DNA of 22,702 nucleotides from Promethearchaeota archaeon (GTDB lineage: Archaea > Asgardarchaeota > Lokiarchaeia > Sigyniarchaeales > SOKP01): assembly GCA_016839765.1 (NCBI GenBank), contig JAEOTP010000019.1:1-22702 (forward strand), read 5' to 3'. The position numbers were made by a program, and so were the translations under genes. The notes under the pieces are model-generated. The model saw only the letters and a program-made list of their open reading frames with translations. It did not search any database and was not told where the DNA came from. This document shows, piece by piece, positions 8,888 to 18,314 of the stretch (position 1 is the stretch's first letter; each line of letters opens with the position of its first letter).

Positions 8888-9826
8888 ATGTTTGTAATAT
8901 ATTTCTTTTTAATGTTAATGGTAATTATTTGGAGCTTTTCATTTATAATAGTGGATATTTTAATAATAAATGAGTTTATACCTCCTCTCTCTATAGTGCT
9001 ATTTAGGTTTATAGTTGCCTCAATTGGGTTTCTTTTAATTGATTTGTATATTAAACTGAAAAAGAATAAAATTCACAATAATACTCCAAAAATTAAAGCA
9101 ACAAAACGCTATTCGAGAAGAGAATGGATTTATTTAGTCTTGGCAAGTTTTTTTGGAGTTTCTTTTTTCTTTTTTGCTCAGTATTCTGCTATCAATTTAA
9201 TTGGGCCTTCTCTCCCTGCATTATTTGTGTGCCTTTTAGCACCTGTCATGATATCTATATTAGCCCTTATTTTTTTTAATGAAAAGCTAAATAAAATAAA
9301 GATAATTGGTTTCATAATTGCAACAATTGGCGGATTTTTGTTAGTAACAGGAGGGAATTTACAAAAATTTACTCCAAAGTCCCCTAATTTTTTAGGATAT
9401 ATGTTTGCACTTATGACTCCGATATTTTGGGCAATTTATTCTACAATAACTAAAAAATTGGTTAAAAGGAGTTCTAGTAATCAGATAAATAAATATATAT
9501 CATATATTGCAGTTATTGAGCTATTATTTCTGGTATTAATTAATAATGAATTCAAAATTTTTGTCCAAAACATTTTAAATCCGATTTTATTTCTAAGTTC
9601 AATATATCTAGGGGTTGGATGTTATATAATAGGCTATTACATCTGGCAATATTCTCAAAATAAACTAAAATCGGCAAGGGTGGCTTCTTTCTTATATATT
9701 GAACCCTTTCTTACCCTAATGTTTTCAATATTATTACAGAGAAGCGATGAGGTAGCAATTTGGAACATTTTAGGAGGGATTATTGTTTTAATAGCAGTGT
9801 TAATTATTAATTATGAGAGAGAGTGA
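8888..9826 (+). CDS. EamA/DMT-family transporter
   Basis: IWSFSF, PPLS-x-x-x-FRF, LAPVMISILALIFFNEKL, WAIYS, ASFLYIEP; two 5-TM halves. Confidence 0.92.
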   Translation: MFVIYFFLMLMVIIWSFSFIIVDILIINEFIPPLSIVLFRFIVASIGFLLIDLYIKLKKNKIHNNTPKIKATKRYSRREWIYLVLASFFGVSFFFFAQYSAINLIGPSLPALFVCLLAPVMISILALIFFNEKLNKIKIIGFIIATIGGFLLVTGGNLQKFTPKSPNFLGYMFALMTPIFWAIYSTITKKLVKRSSSNQINKYISYIAVIELLFLVLINNEFKIFVQNILNPILFLSSIYLGVGCYIIGYYIWQYSQNKLKSARVASFLYIEPFLTLMFSILLQRSDEVAIWNILGGIIVLIAVLIINYERE

Positions 9827-10020
9827 GACTATCTAGATTATTTTAGTGCTATTGTTAAAATATTCAAGTTCTATCGCTTTACTTTCTGGATTAAATACAC
9901 AAAAATTTAATATAATTAAAAAAAAGACAAAATGACAAAAGATTTCTTATTTCGAGATTTCATATCTTTCAAAATCATTTTGATTATGAATTAGATAAAA
10001 AAAAATAATTATTAGAAAAT

Positions 10021-10593
10021 TTATTCAATTATTACATCTACATAAAAAACATATGGTCCAAAGTAAAATGTTTCTTCATACCCACTTGGTGGGAAATCTG
10101 GTATAGAGATAGTGAGCCCAACTGCAACGGATACAGTATAGATTCCATTCGAAACTTCAATTTCATCAGGCCCTAATAAAACATTTACATCCTGTGTTAA
10201 CATATTCATTAGATCTTCAAGTGTAAATGCCAGTTCATAAAGTTGATCATTGGGAGTTGTTATATTAATATAAATTGTAAGATCCACATATTGAGTAAAC
10301 AATTGTAATGCTGTGTTTCCAGCATTCTTCGCTTCTCCTCCATCAAAAAGATATTCATAAGGACTTACTTCAACATGTTTTACATTAACATTAGGAGTAG
10401 TAAAACCATCAAATTGCATGGTATTATAAGAATCACTTGAAGAACTAGAAAAAGGTGTCATTAAACCAAATCCTGTACCTACAGATAATGCATCAACACT
10501 AAGACCATACATGAATACCGGGATTAAAGCAACTAATGTACCTACAGTAAGTATAGAAACAACTACTATGACGATTATATTTTTTCTTTCCAT
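10021..10593 (-). CDS. Hypothetical N-terminally anchored or secreted acidic protein
   Basis: MERKN followed by a hydrophobic helix, a Ser-rich linker, then a beta-rich, acidic, Lys/Arg-poor domain. Confidence 0.65.
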   Translation of the reverse strand: MERKNIIVIVVVSILTVGTLVALIPVFMYGLSVDALSVGTGFGLMTPFSSSSSDSYNTMQFDGFTTPNVNVKHVEVSPYEYLFDGGEAKNAGNTALQLFTQYVDLTIYINITTPNDQLYELAFTLEDLMNMLTQDVNVLLGPDEIEVSNGIYTVSVAVGLTISIPDFPPSGYEETFYFGPYVFYVDVIIE

Positions 10594-10749
10594 TTTTCAT
10601 TCCTAAATTTAATAATTAAATTTTTTCAATTAATTTGTTAAAATAATATAAATTCTCAATATAAAGGGTTTTGGTATAAATTTTTCCGTCTTTATTTTAA
10701 GTGAGATTGTATTCTGGATGAACTAAAAATAGGAGATTTTATTCTTAAA

Positions 10750-12174
10750 TTATATATTGGCAGACGTAATTTGATCAAGTTGTTTTGCAAGAATTTCATC
10801 AATAGGTTTGATTGGGGACAATTTTTCTAATTTTAAAGTTTGCTCTATTGCTCTTTTTCTGATAGATTTTGATCCTGAGTCTTTCCATGCATCTCGAGAT
10901 AATCTATCTATAATTGGGCTTGGGAGAAATAATTCTTTTTTAAATAATTTCAAAGTTAAGGGATGGGATAATAATTCTTGTTTTTTATCATAAGCTTTTA
11001 GAATATTTGAAGCAAATGGAGCTCCAAAATTTTCAATACCTTTTAAGAATCTTTTTACCATTCCTATTATTTCATTATCGATTAATAATTTTTCAATACT
11101 CTGTGTAGATTCAAAATCTATCATTCCAGGTCCAGAAACCATATTAATCCCTGCTAAACCTGCTAATAGTGCTCCCATTCCTGCTTCAAATCCTGCTTGA
11201 GCATCAGGTACTTTTGAGTCACTTAAACTCATGTAGGCATGAGTCGGTAGTTTTAAAAATTTACCCATCTCAACATCCCCTATATTTATCATCATTGTCT
11301 CTATAGCACCCATAGGAGTCGTACCCCGCCTCATATCTAAAACAGCTGGAGATCCTCCCCATATCACTGGTGCTCCTTTTTTAGTTAATTGAGCTATCAC
11401 TACTCCTGCAAGAGATTCAGCACAATGTTGGGTTATAGAACCTATTAGAGTAATTGGAGCACTTGCACCAGCTAAAGGCATAGATACAAATTCTGAGGGA
11501 ATCATACTATTAGCAGCGTCAATAAGAGACTGAGTTGTCAAATCAGACCATTTTAGAGGAGGACTTGGGCAAGCGTCAAATACAGCTAAGGGTTTTCTAG
11601 CTAAATCCTCCTCTGACAATCTGCATGCTAGAAGTAATTCGCGCATAATTTTAAAACTTTCCTTCCGAAATGTTCCAGTAATAACTGGTTTATAACAATT
11701 AGATAATGCAAGATATAGACGATGCCAGTCTTGAGCCTCTTTTGGCACATCTTGATAAACAATCGCAGTACTTTGAGCGTCAATAAATTGTAATTGTTCT
11801 ACAATTTTTGAAAAATGTATAAAATCTTTAGATAAAGCCTCTCTAATTTCACCAGTTTTTTCATCTAGAATAAAAATAGCGGCGGATCCTGGATCAAAGT
11901 GAACATTATCTTTCGTTAATGATAGAAATTCTTTTCCCTCTCTATCATATAGCTTTATCTCATTAGGTATTGATTCTAAACATTTATCTACCAAATCTGA
12001 CGGAATAAAATAGCGAGAGTTCCTTTCATCAATACCATGTTGCTTGAATATTTTAATGGCTTCCTTGTTTTCCAGAAATATTCCTTGATTTTCAAGAATA
12101 TCCATTGCCTCGTTAAAGACTTTAATCTTATGTTCTTCATCTAATAGTTGGATTTTTGGCTTTAAAATCGTCAT
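10750..12174 (-). CDS. Trimethylamine methyltransferase (MttB/MtgB) superfamily protein, non-pyrrolysine
   Basis: SPPL, GASAPITLIGSITQHCAESLAGVVIAQLTKKGAPVIWG, DMRRG, SDSKVPDAQAGFE, LLIDNEI. No in-frame amber codon; Leu precedes SDSK where Pyl sits in methanogen MttB. Confidence 0.92.
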   Translation of the reverse strand: MTILKPKIQLLDEEHKIKVFNEAMDILENQGIFLENKEAIKIFKQHGIDERNSRYFIPSDLVDKCLESIPNEIKLYDREGKEFLSLTKDNVHFDPGSAAIFILDEKTGEIREALSKDFIHFSKIVEQLQFIDAQSTAIVYQDVPKEAQDWHRLYLALSNCYKPVITGTFRKESFKIMRELLLACRLSEEDLARKPLAVFDACPSPPLKWSDLTTQSLIDAANSMIPSEFVSMPLAGASAPITLIGSITQHCAESLAGVVIAQLTKKGAPVIWGGSPAVLDMRRGTTPMGAIETMMINIGDVEMGKFLKLPTHAYMSLSDSKVPDAQAGFEAGMGALLAGLAGINMVSGPGMIDFESTQSIEKLLIDNEIIGMVKRFLKGIENFGAPFASNILKAYDKKQELLSHPLTLKLFKKELFLPSPIIDRLSRDAWKDSGSKSIRKRAIEQTLKLEKLSPIKPIDEILAKQLDQITSANI

Positions 12175-12197
12175 ATCTTAATCACTTCTAATTTCTT

Positions 12198-13079
12198 TTA
12201 AACTAAGGCATCTAAACCCTTTTTTATCTCTTTTATAGTTTTTGGAGACGTTCCACAGCATCCTCCCACAATTTTTGCTCCTAATTTAACAATCTGTAAA
12301 ATGTCTTTAGCAAAGTCTTGCTCTGATTGATCATAATGAGTGATTCCGCCCTGTGTTAGTCTTGGTTTTCCTGCATTTGGTTTAATCGATATTGGTTTAT
12401 TAGTAATATTTTTCATTTCTTTAATTAATTCAATCATCTCTTTAGAACCTAAAGTACAGTTTCCTCCAATTATTTCAACATTCTCATTTTCTACTTTTTC
12501 TATGCAGTCTTTTAAGGAGTTTCCCATGATTGTGAAAAATCCACGTTTAGTCTTTTTATACGTCATGGAGCTAATTATAGGCTTTTTTGAGACTTCTTTT
12601 ACGGCTTGGATGGCAGCAACCATTTCTTCAATATCAGAAATGGTTTCTATGTGCCATAGGTCAATTCCAGGTTCTAAATATTTAATTTGTTTTAAATAAC
12701 TTGAATACCATTGTTCATATGTCGCTTTTCCTATTGGGGGTTTATATTCTCCTGATGGGCCAATATCCCCCACTATTAAATGATTAGGTGGGCAAACTTT
12801 TTTTAAATTTTCTATAGCCTTTTCGTTAATTTCTTTAATACGATCTTCAAGTTTATATTTTTGCAGATTCATATAACTAGAACCAAAAGTATTCGTTTGA
12901 CACATATCTGAACCAGCCTCATAGTAAGCTTTATGAATTTCTGTGACTATTTCGGATTGTTCCATATTAAGAATATCTGGTAATTTGCCTGGCTTGATTC
13001 CGCGTTTAAATATTTCAGTACCCATTCCACCATCAAATAAAATTATTTTCGAATCATCTTTTAGCCATTCTTTAAACAA
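12198..13079 (-). CDS. Stand-alone homocysteine S-methyltransferase domain (MetH N-terminal / BHMT-like); start TTG 13079 or ATT 13085
   Basis: LFDGGMGT, TNTFG, GDIGPSG, IET, GGNC, PNAGKP and GGCCGT (three Zn-binding Cys). Confidence 0.93.
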   Translation of the reverse strand: MFKEWLKDDSKIILFDGGMGTEIFKRGIKPGKLPDILNMEQSEIVTEIHKAYYEAGSDMCQTNTFGSSYMNLQKYKLEDRIKEINEKAIENLKKVCPPNHLIVGDIGPSGEYKPPIGKATYEQWYSSYLKQIKYLEPGIDLWHIETISDIEEMVAAIQAVKEVSKKPIISSMTYKKTKRGFFTIMGNSLKDCIEKVENENVEIIGGNCTLGSKEMIELIKEMKNITNKPISIKPNAGKPRLTQGGITHYDQSEQDFAKDILQIVKLGAKIVGGCCGTSPKTIKEIKKGLDALV

Positions 13080-13113
13080 AGTAATACTTTAATCAACTCC
13101 AATTTTTATTCTA

Positions 13114-13758
13114 TTAATCCATTAACTTTTTAATTAATTTAACTGCTTCTATGGCATTATCGGCATAGCCATCAGCTTGACATTCATTTACCCAATTTTG
13201 AGTAACTGGAGCACCACCTAATATCACTTTAAACTTATCTCGTATCCCCTTATCTTGCAAAATTTCAATAAGTTTCTTTTGACCAATCATTGTGGTGGTT
13301 AAAAGAGCTGAAACTCCAATTATGTTAGCATTTTTTTCGAGAGCAGTATTAATAATTTTTTCCGCAGAAACATCAGCACCTAAATCATATACTTCAAAAC
13401 CATTCGCACTTAACATAGTTGCTACAATTGTCTTACCAATTGAATGTATATCTCCCTCTATTGTAGCAATTACAACTTTTCCTGACATAATATCTTCTTT
13501 ATTTGCTTTTAAAAATGGTAATAGAATTTCCATTGATTCTTGAACAATATTTCCTCCAAGCATCAATTCTGGTAAGAAAAACTCTCCTTCTTCCCATAAT
13601 TCGCCTATACGACGAATACCCGCACCAAATCCCTTTTCAACTACGTCTAATAAATTCATATTTTCTTCTATTGCCTTTTTTGCAAAACTAATTGCTTTTT
13701 CTCTGTCTAAACTGACAATAGCTTCTGAAATTTCCTTATAAAAACTCTCTTGGGACAC
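13114..13758 (-). CDS. Methyltransferase cognate corrinoid protein (MttC/MtbC-like; cap + B12-binding domain)
   Basis: FFLPELM cap motif, EGDIHSIGK (DxHxxG), SALLTTTM, LGGAPV; GTG start with upstream GGAG. Confidence 0.95.
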   Translation of the reverse strand: MSQESFYKEISEAIVSLDREKAISFAKKAIEENMNLLDVVEKGFGAGIRRIGELWEEGEFFLPELMLGGNIVQESMEILLPFLKANKEDIMSGKVVIATIEGDIHSIGKTIVATMLSANGFEVYDLGADVSAEKIINTALEKNANIIGVSALLTTTMIGQKKLIEILQDKGIRDKFKVILGGAPVTQNWVNECQADGYADNAIEAVKLIKKLMD

Positions 13759-13955
13759 TCAAATCTCTCCTAGAAGTTAGAAATGTGTTTACTTTTTTAT
13801 TCAAATGAACATCTTATTAAAATTTCCAAGGTTTAAAAAATATAACTTATATCTCCCTTAATCTATAATATTGAAAATGCTATTATTTATCTATTATTAT
13901 TAGATTAACTAAAAAGAATATATATCTCTACACTATATGAAATTTAAAAAAATAT

Positions 13956-14480
13956 TTGAGAAATAAATTCGATAATAAAGGTGAAAATAAAATTCCAAGA
14001 CGTTATTATGCTAAATCTAAGAAAACATATGCGAAAGATCAATCTTTTGAACAGGATCAAGTAGGAGAGGAGAAAGAGCGATATTTAATCAGTATAGAGT
14101 TGATGAGTTTAAAGACACTTAAAGATTATGACATATTTGGCTGGCGAGGCGAATTCTATTTTAAAGTAGATGGGCCTAAGGTGTTCAAAGCTAGATGGCC
14201 AAATAAGGGGACTATCAAATTGCAAAGAAATCAAGAATTTACCTCAAAAGCAGATATGTCGCTATGGTCTCAATTTAAAACCGTTCGGGTAGATAAACCT
14301 GCAGTAGAAAACATAAAAGTAATTTTAAGGGAACGCGATCATTTGAAAAAAGATCATACTGTGTGTGAATATGAATACGAAATCATGTTACCATCAAAAA
14401 CTGAATACGTAGTTTTACAAGATGAAAAAGAGAAAACAAAAGCTAAGCTTCGGATTCAAGCAACCAGAACCAGATATTAA
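13956..14480 (+). CDS. Hypothetical protein, possible C2-like beta-sandwich (start TTG 13956 or ATT 13992)
   Basis: Alternating beta-strand pattern; DYDIFGWRGEFYFKV and VILRERDHLKKDHTV resemble C2 Ca-binding loops 1 and 3. Confidence 0.55.
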   Translation: MRNKFDNKGENKIPRRYYAKSKKTYAKDQSFEQDQVGEEKERYLISIELMSLKTLKDYDIFGWRGEFYFKVDGPKVFKARWPNKGTIKLQRNQEFTSKADMSLWSQFKTVRVDKPAVENIKVILRERDHLKKDHTVCEYEYEIMLPSKTEYVVLQDEKEKTKAKLRIQATRTRY

Positions 14481-14573
14481 ATTATTTAAAAATATATTCT
14501 AATTTTTCTATTTTTTATTTATTAGGAGTAAAATTACTATGCTTACTTTTAAGATAAATTGAAGAAACTCACT

Positions 14574-15722
14574 TTATAGCGTAAATTTCTCATATTCAGA
14601 ATTGCAAGGATAATTATCAGTGACCCAAAATTCCTTTTTAAGTGGAAAAAGAATTATAGAGCCTAAGGTTCCCGCAGATGGTCCATGCGTACAGACTGTA
14701 AAATCATCTGGCTCCCTATTATCATGATCACTCAAAATATCTTTTATTATATTCATCGTAATTTGACCATTGTATTTTGTTAATAGCTCAATTTCTCTGT
14801 TATACCGTCTTATAGGAGATTCTATGGGCGAAATATCCATATCATCCATTTTAAATCGTACATATTCTGGTAAATTAGCATTTTCCAGTTCTTTAGTTTG
14901 ATAATGATTAGTATGAGCCAAAATGTTATTTTCAGGTCGACGGATTGCATGTCGAGTGCTTGTGGTTTCAATTACGCACGTATCTCCTGAAGTATCCATA
15001 AGTCCATAATGGCATCCATTTGCACGACCAGTGAAGTTAATAATAAAATCAATAGCTTCTTGCGTCTTTGCACAACTTTCTAAAACTTCTTGTACTATGA
15101 AGGTACCAGGAACACCTTTTAATCTAAAATCTAGCGGTTCTTTTTTCCATGCACGGCCATAATTATAACCAATTGCTAAGCCTTTCTCATTTATTCCCAT
15201 ATGGCAACCTGTAAGAGGGTATTGGGTAAAATTTATATTTCTATAACCATTTTCAGGTATTTCCTCACGAATTACTTGGAACGGCTGGAGTACGTTGGGA
15301 AAATCATAATTACGTCCAAAAATCATTGAATTATCTGGTGTAGCTTCAGGGAGAGCGAATATCATTGAACAAGCTTGAATTGGAGGATTTTTATAGATAG
15401 ACTTTGGATCGCCTGACATCACCTCGATAAAGTGAGCTCCATATATGATTCCTCTTTTTATTCCGGCTCCTTTTCTTAGAGCCATCATTTTTTCAAACTG
15501 ATTAGGAAGAAGTTGTTGTAAAGGCTTCTTTATATTCTTCTTGCCCATAATACCTAAAGCAAATTTAACTATTGAAAGAGGTATTAGTTTAGAGGTCACT
15601 TCTGAAAACATTTTCGAATGGAATACAGTGTCAAACATATTATGAATTTTATCTTTCAATTTGTCTCCCTGTTGAAATCCTCTTTCAGCAGGATTTCCCT
15701 CTACCTTAATAAAATCAACCAT
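14574..15722 (-). CDS. Peptidase C45 family (acyl-CoA:6-APA acyltransferase-like) autoproteolytic Ntn-hydrolase/acyltransferase
   Basis: G-x-P-x-ERG-x-Q-x-G N-terminus, A|CSM cleavage site with nucleophilic Cys, GRNYD, GINEKGLAI, HTNHY. Confidence 0.9.
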   Translation of the reverse strand: MVDFIKVEGNPAERGFQQGDKLKDKIHNMFDTVFHSKMFSEVTSKLIPLSIVKFALGIMGKKNIKKPLQQLLPNQFEKMMALRKGAGIKRGIIYGAHFIEVMSGDPKSIYKNPPIQACSMIFALPEATPDNSMIFGRNYDFPNVLQPFQVIREEIPENGYRNINFTQYPLTGCHMGINEKGLAIGYNYGRAWKKEPLDFRLKGVPGTFIVQEVLESCAKTQEAIDFIINFTGRANGCHYGLMDTSGDTCVIETTSTRHAIRRPENNILAHTNHYQTKELENANLPEYVRFKMDDMDISPIESPIRRYNREIELLTKYNGQITMNIIKDILSDHDNREPDDFTVCTHGPSAGTLGSIILFPLKKEFWVTDNYPCNSEYEKFTL

Positions 15723-15745
15723 TTTTATCCCTTTCTTTTTATATG

Positions 15746-17143
15746 TTATAATTTCCTCTCTTGGATTCTTAATAATATAATCGCTATTATTACTATTGAT
15801 AATGCTACAATAATTTGAATTATACCAAAACCAGCAATCTGTTTTGCAAAAATATCTCCTAAAGCTAATGAAATCACTAAAGTAGCTAATTCAAATAGAG
15901 CAAGATAATTAAGTATCGCCAGAAACTTATTTTCTATCGCTGAAGATTTAGTATTGAGTGTATTTCTCTGCCTATTTAGCGTTTTTCTTATCCTTGAAAT
16001 GACGTCATCCGTTGCTTTTGAGAATGTAAAGCCATCTAATTTATCAATTTGTTCATTGAACATACTTGTCTTGAACGTACTTGTAAATAATAATCTAGTA
16101 ATTTTTGAAATAATTATATCTTTATTCAATTCAAGGATAATCCGGTTTAATTCTGTTTCAAGTTTCTCTAATCTATCAATTTTAACTCTTAAAGTTAATT
16201 GTTCTTCCATTGCCCGAGTTTCTGATATAATTTCATCAAATCTTTCAGCAACAACTAAAATATTTTCCATATGCATAAGTATAAGGAAGCGTTGTACATT
16301 TCCAACCTCGGGAGCGAAGATTGTATCAATCATTAAATTTTTCATTGAATTTGGATCTAACAACCCAGGACCAGGAATAACAACATTCCCAGCATGCGTG
16401 ATCATTACAAATTCATCCTTATAAGGAGAAAGATTCTTCAAATTTATTTGGTCCCTGTAAGCAACTGGATCTAACTCACGGTACTTATCAGTTCGTAATG
16501 TAAGACTTATAGCATAGTGTGCATTTTTGCCAATTTGTTTTCCTACAAAACGATAATCAACTCGATTGAAGTCTGGCTTAGCATCCCAGATTATCCAAGT
16601 ATGATGCCAAGGCTCTAAAACAGATTCTAATTTTGGTTTATCAGCAAAATGTCCTTTTTTAAGCAATTCAATGACATTATCTTTTATTTCTAAAAATTTC
16701 TCAGTTATAGGCCTTCTAGTATTTTCAAGAATGATATTCTCTGGTTTTGATATTTCTATAAAATCCTCAATAGTATGATAATTATCAAAAATCAGCTCAC
16801 AGTGTATCACCAAAACAGACCCATAATGAACATGCCCTTCCAATCTGATTTTGCCCTCAATATGAGGTGCATTTAGGCAAGAAAATCTATCTCTTCCGAT
16901 TTTAAAACAAATAGGTGCATATAAATGTGATTGACTAGAAATCCACTTTAAAGGTTGATGACATTTGAACTCTGTTTTCTCTTCTTTGATTGCACAATGG
17001 TAATCCTTATAGACTTTATAAGAACTCTCCTTTTCCAAAAACTCTCTTATATCTGGAAGATTAAAATAAAGTCCTAATTCATAAAATTTCCAAAAGACTA
17101 GAGTTGCCTTAAATCTGTATTCCTCTTCTATAGGATTTATCAT
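15746..17143 (-). CDS. Hypothetical membrane protein: soluble N-domain, long helical stalk, two C-terminal TM helices (CorA/RMD1-like architecture)
   Basis: 465 aa; coiled-coil-like segment around residues 300-405; two terminal hydrophobic helices; no GMN motif. Confidence 0.6.
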   Translation of the reverse strand: MINPIEEEYRFKATLVFWKFYELGLYFNLPDIREFLEKESSYKVYKDYHCAIKEEKTEFKCHQPLKWISSQSHLYAPICFKIGRDRFSCLNAPHIEGKIRLEGHVHYGSVLVIHCELIFDNYHTIEDFIEISKPENIILENTRRPITEKFLEIKDNVIELLKKGHFADKPKLESVLEPWHHTWIIWDAKPDFNRVDYRFVGKQIGKNAHYAISLTLRTDKYRELDPVAYRDQINLKNLSPYKDEFVMITHAGNVVIPGPGLLDPNSMKNLMIDTIFAPEVGNVQRFLILMHMENILVVAERFDEIISETRAMEEQLTLRVKIDRLEKLETELNRIILELNKDIIISKITRLLFTSTFKTSMFNEQIDKLDGFTFSKATDDVISRIRKTLNRQRNTLNTKSSAIENKFLAILNYLALFELATLVISLALGDIFAKQIAGFGIIQIIVALSIVIIAIILLRIQERKL

Positions 17144-17370
17144 TTTTTTTCAGATGATTATTTGTTAAAATCAATAAAATCTTAAATAATAATAAAATTC
17201 CCTTTTCTCTAAAAAATTTATCCTTCATTGCTGTCCAAAAACCAAACATATTTTTTTGATTAAGGTCATTATTGATTTAGTACTAAATAACTGAATATAT
17301 TGCATACAAAAGGAGATTTTTCCTGAAAATCAAACAAAATAATCCAAATAATTTAGAATTAGTTATAGGT

Positions 17371-17958
17371 TTGGCTAATATAAAAGATGCCGGTGGTATC
17401 CATAATATCTTAATGAAAAATCTAGTTGAAATCGAAGATTTTGATAGCATATCTAAAGAAGAAAGAGGTAACTTAGAAGAAAACGGTTTTTTAAGAAAAA
17501 AAGTAGATGTGGAGTATTATAAACATTTAATTGAGGATCCTACTGTTGATGTTTATATTGCGAAATACAAAAGTAGAAACGTAATTGGCTTTGCTACGTT
17601 CCATAAAGATGAGACTGATGTTAAGTCTGTTCGCGATACTTCAATTAGTTTACATATCGAAGATGATCTGACAAAGCAATTATTAACTAGTAAAAATAAG
17701 AAGTTCGCCTATTTGGATCAGATAAGTATTATTCCTAAATTTCAACGAATGAAAATAGGAACAGCTATTTTAAATAAGGCTTTAGAAGAATTAGAAGATC
17801 CTATAGTTTCATTTATCGTGAAAGTTCCTATAACAAATAAAGCATCTGCTTATTGGCACGAACAAAATGGATTTACACTCGCAGCAACATGCGATGGAGC
17901 CTATAAAGGAAAAATTTTTGAATGGTGGATTTATATCCATTGGAATAGAAAAAATTAA
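17371..17958 (+). CDS. GNAT-family N-acetyltransferase
   Basis: VIGFA, YLDQISIIPKFQRMKIGTAIL (motif A), N-x-A-S-x-x-W-H-E-x-x-GF (motif B). Confidence 0.88.
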   Translation: MANIKDAGGIHNILMKNLVEIEDFDSISKEERGNLEENGFLRKKVDVEYYKHLIEDPTVDVYIAKYKSRNVIGFATFHKDETDVKSVRDTSISLHIEDDLTKQLLTSKNKKFAYLDQISIIPKFQRMKIGTAILNKALEELEDPIVSFIVKVPITNKASAYWHEQNGFTLAATCDGAYKGKIFEWWIYIHWNRKN

Positions 17959-18021
17959 AATTAAGGAACTAAAAAACTTAAATAAATTAATATTACTAAA
18001 CTTAGATTGGAAAAAAGTGGG

Positions 18022-18294
18022 TTACTCTTTTTTACTTTTATTTTCTCCCTTTTTCTCGTCAGTAAGAAATTCTAAGTTTAAATTCTTAGCAAGCTTAAAA
18101 CCAATGTCAAAGAAAGTTTTTATAGAATTATAGAATAAATCTCCAATCGCTTCTGACTCTTGCTGATTCTTTTGGTTTGGAACTTTTGTTTCATCGGAAA
18201 TTAATGTACTCACTAAATCTTCTTTTTTCTTTTCTATTTCAGCATTTAAGTTCATTTGAACCTCATTAATATGTGAATCTTGATTATTAGACAT
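18022..18294 (-). CDS. Small hypothetical protein with an amphipathic helix similar to the N-terminal helix of the upstream acyltransferase
   Basis: Starts 20 nt downstream of the 18315 stop; GAAGGCGA RBS-like motif; shares the D..Y...K.....G..L...L pattern. Confidence 0.7.
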   Translation of the reverse strand: MSNNQDSHINEVQMNLNAEIEKKKEDLVSTLISDETKVPNQKNQQESEAIGDLFYNSIKTFFDIGFKLAKNLNLEFLTDEKKGENKSKKE

Positions 18295-18314
18295 TCTATT
18301 TCGCCTTCTTTTCT

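Noticed and set aside
10750-12174. Pyrrolysine-containing MttB / amber readthrough
   Set aside because: The ORF is uninterrupted and Leu occupies the Pyl-equivalent position; no pyl genes in the window.
15954-16424. 156-aa plus-strand ORF and the other short antisense ORFs in the track (e.g. 12340-12699, 13292-13543, 21259-21537, 974-1192)
   Set aside because: They are shadows of better-supported genes on the opposite strand, with no motifs of their own.
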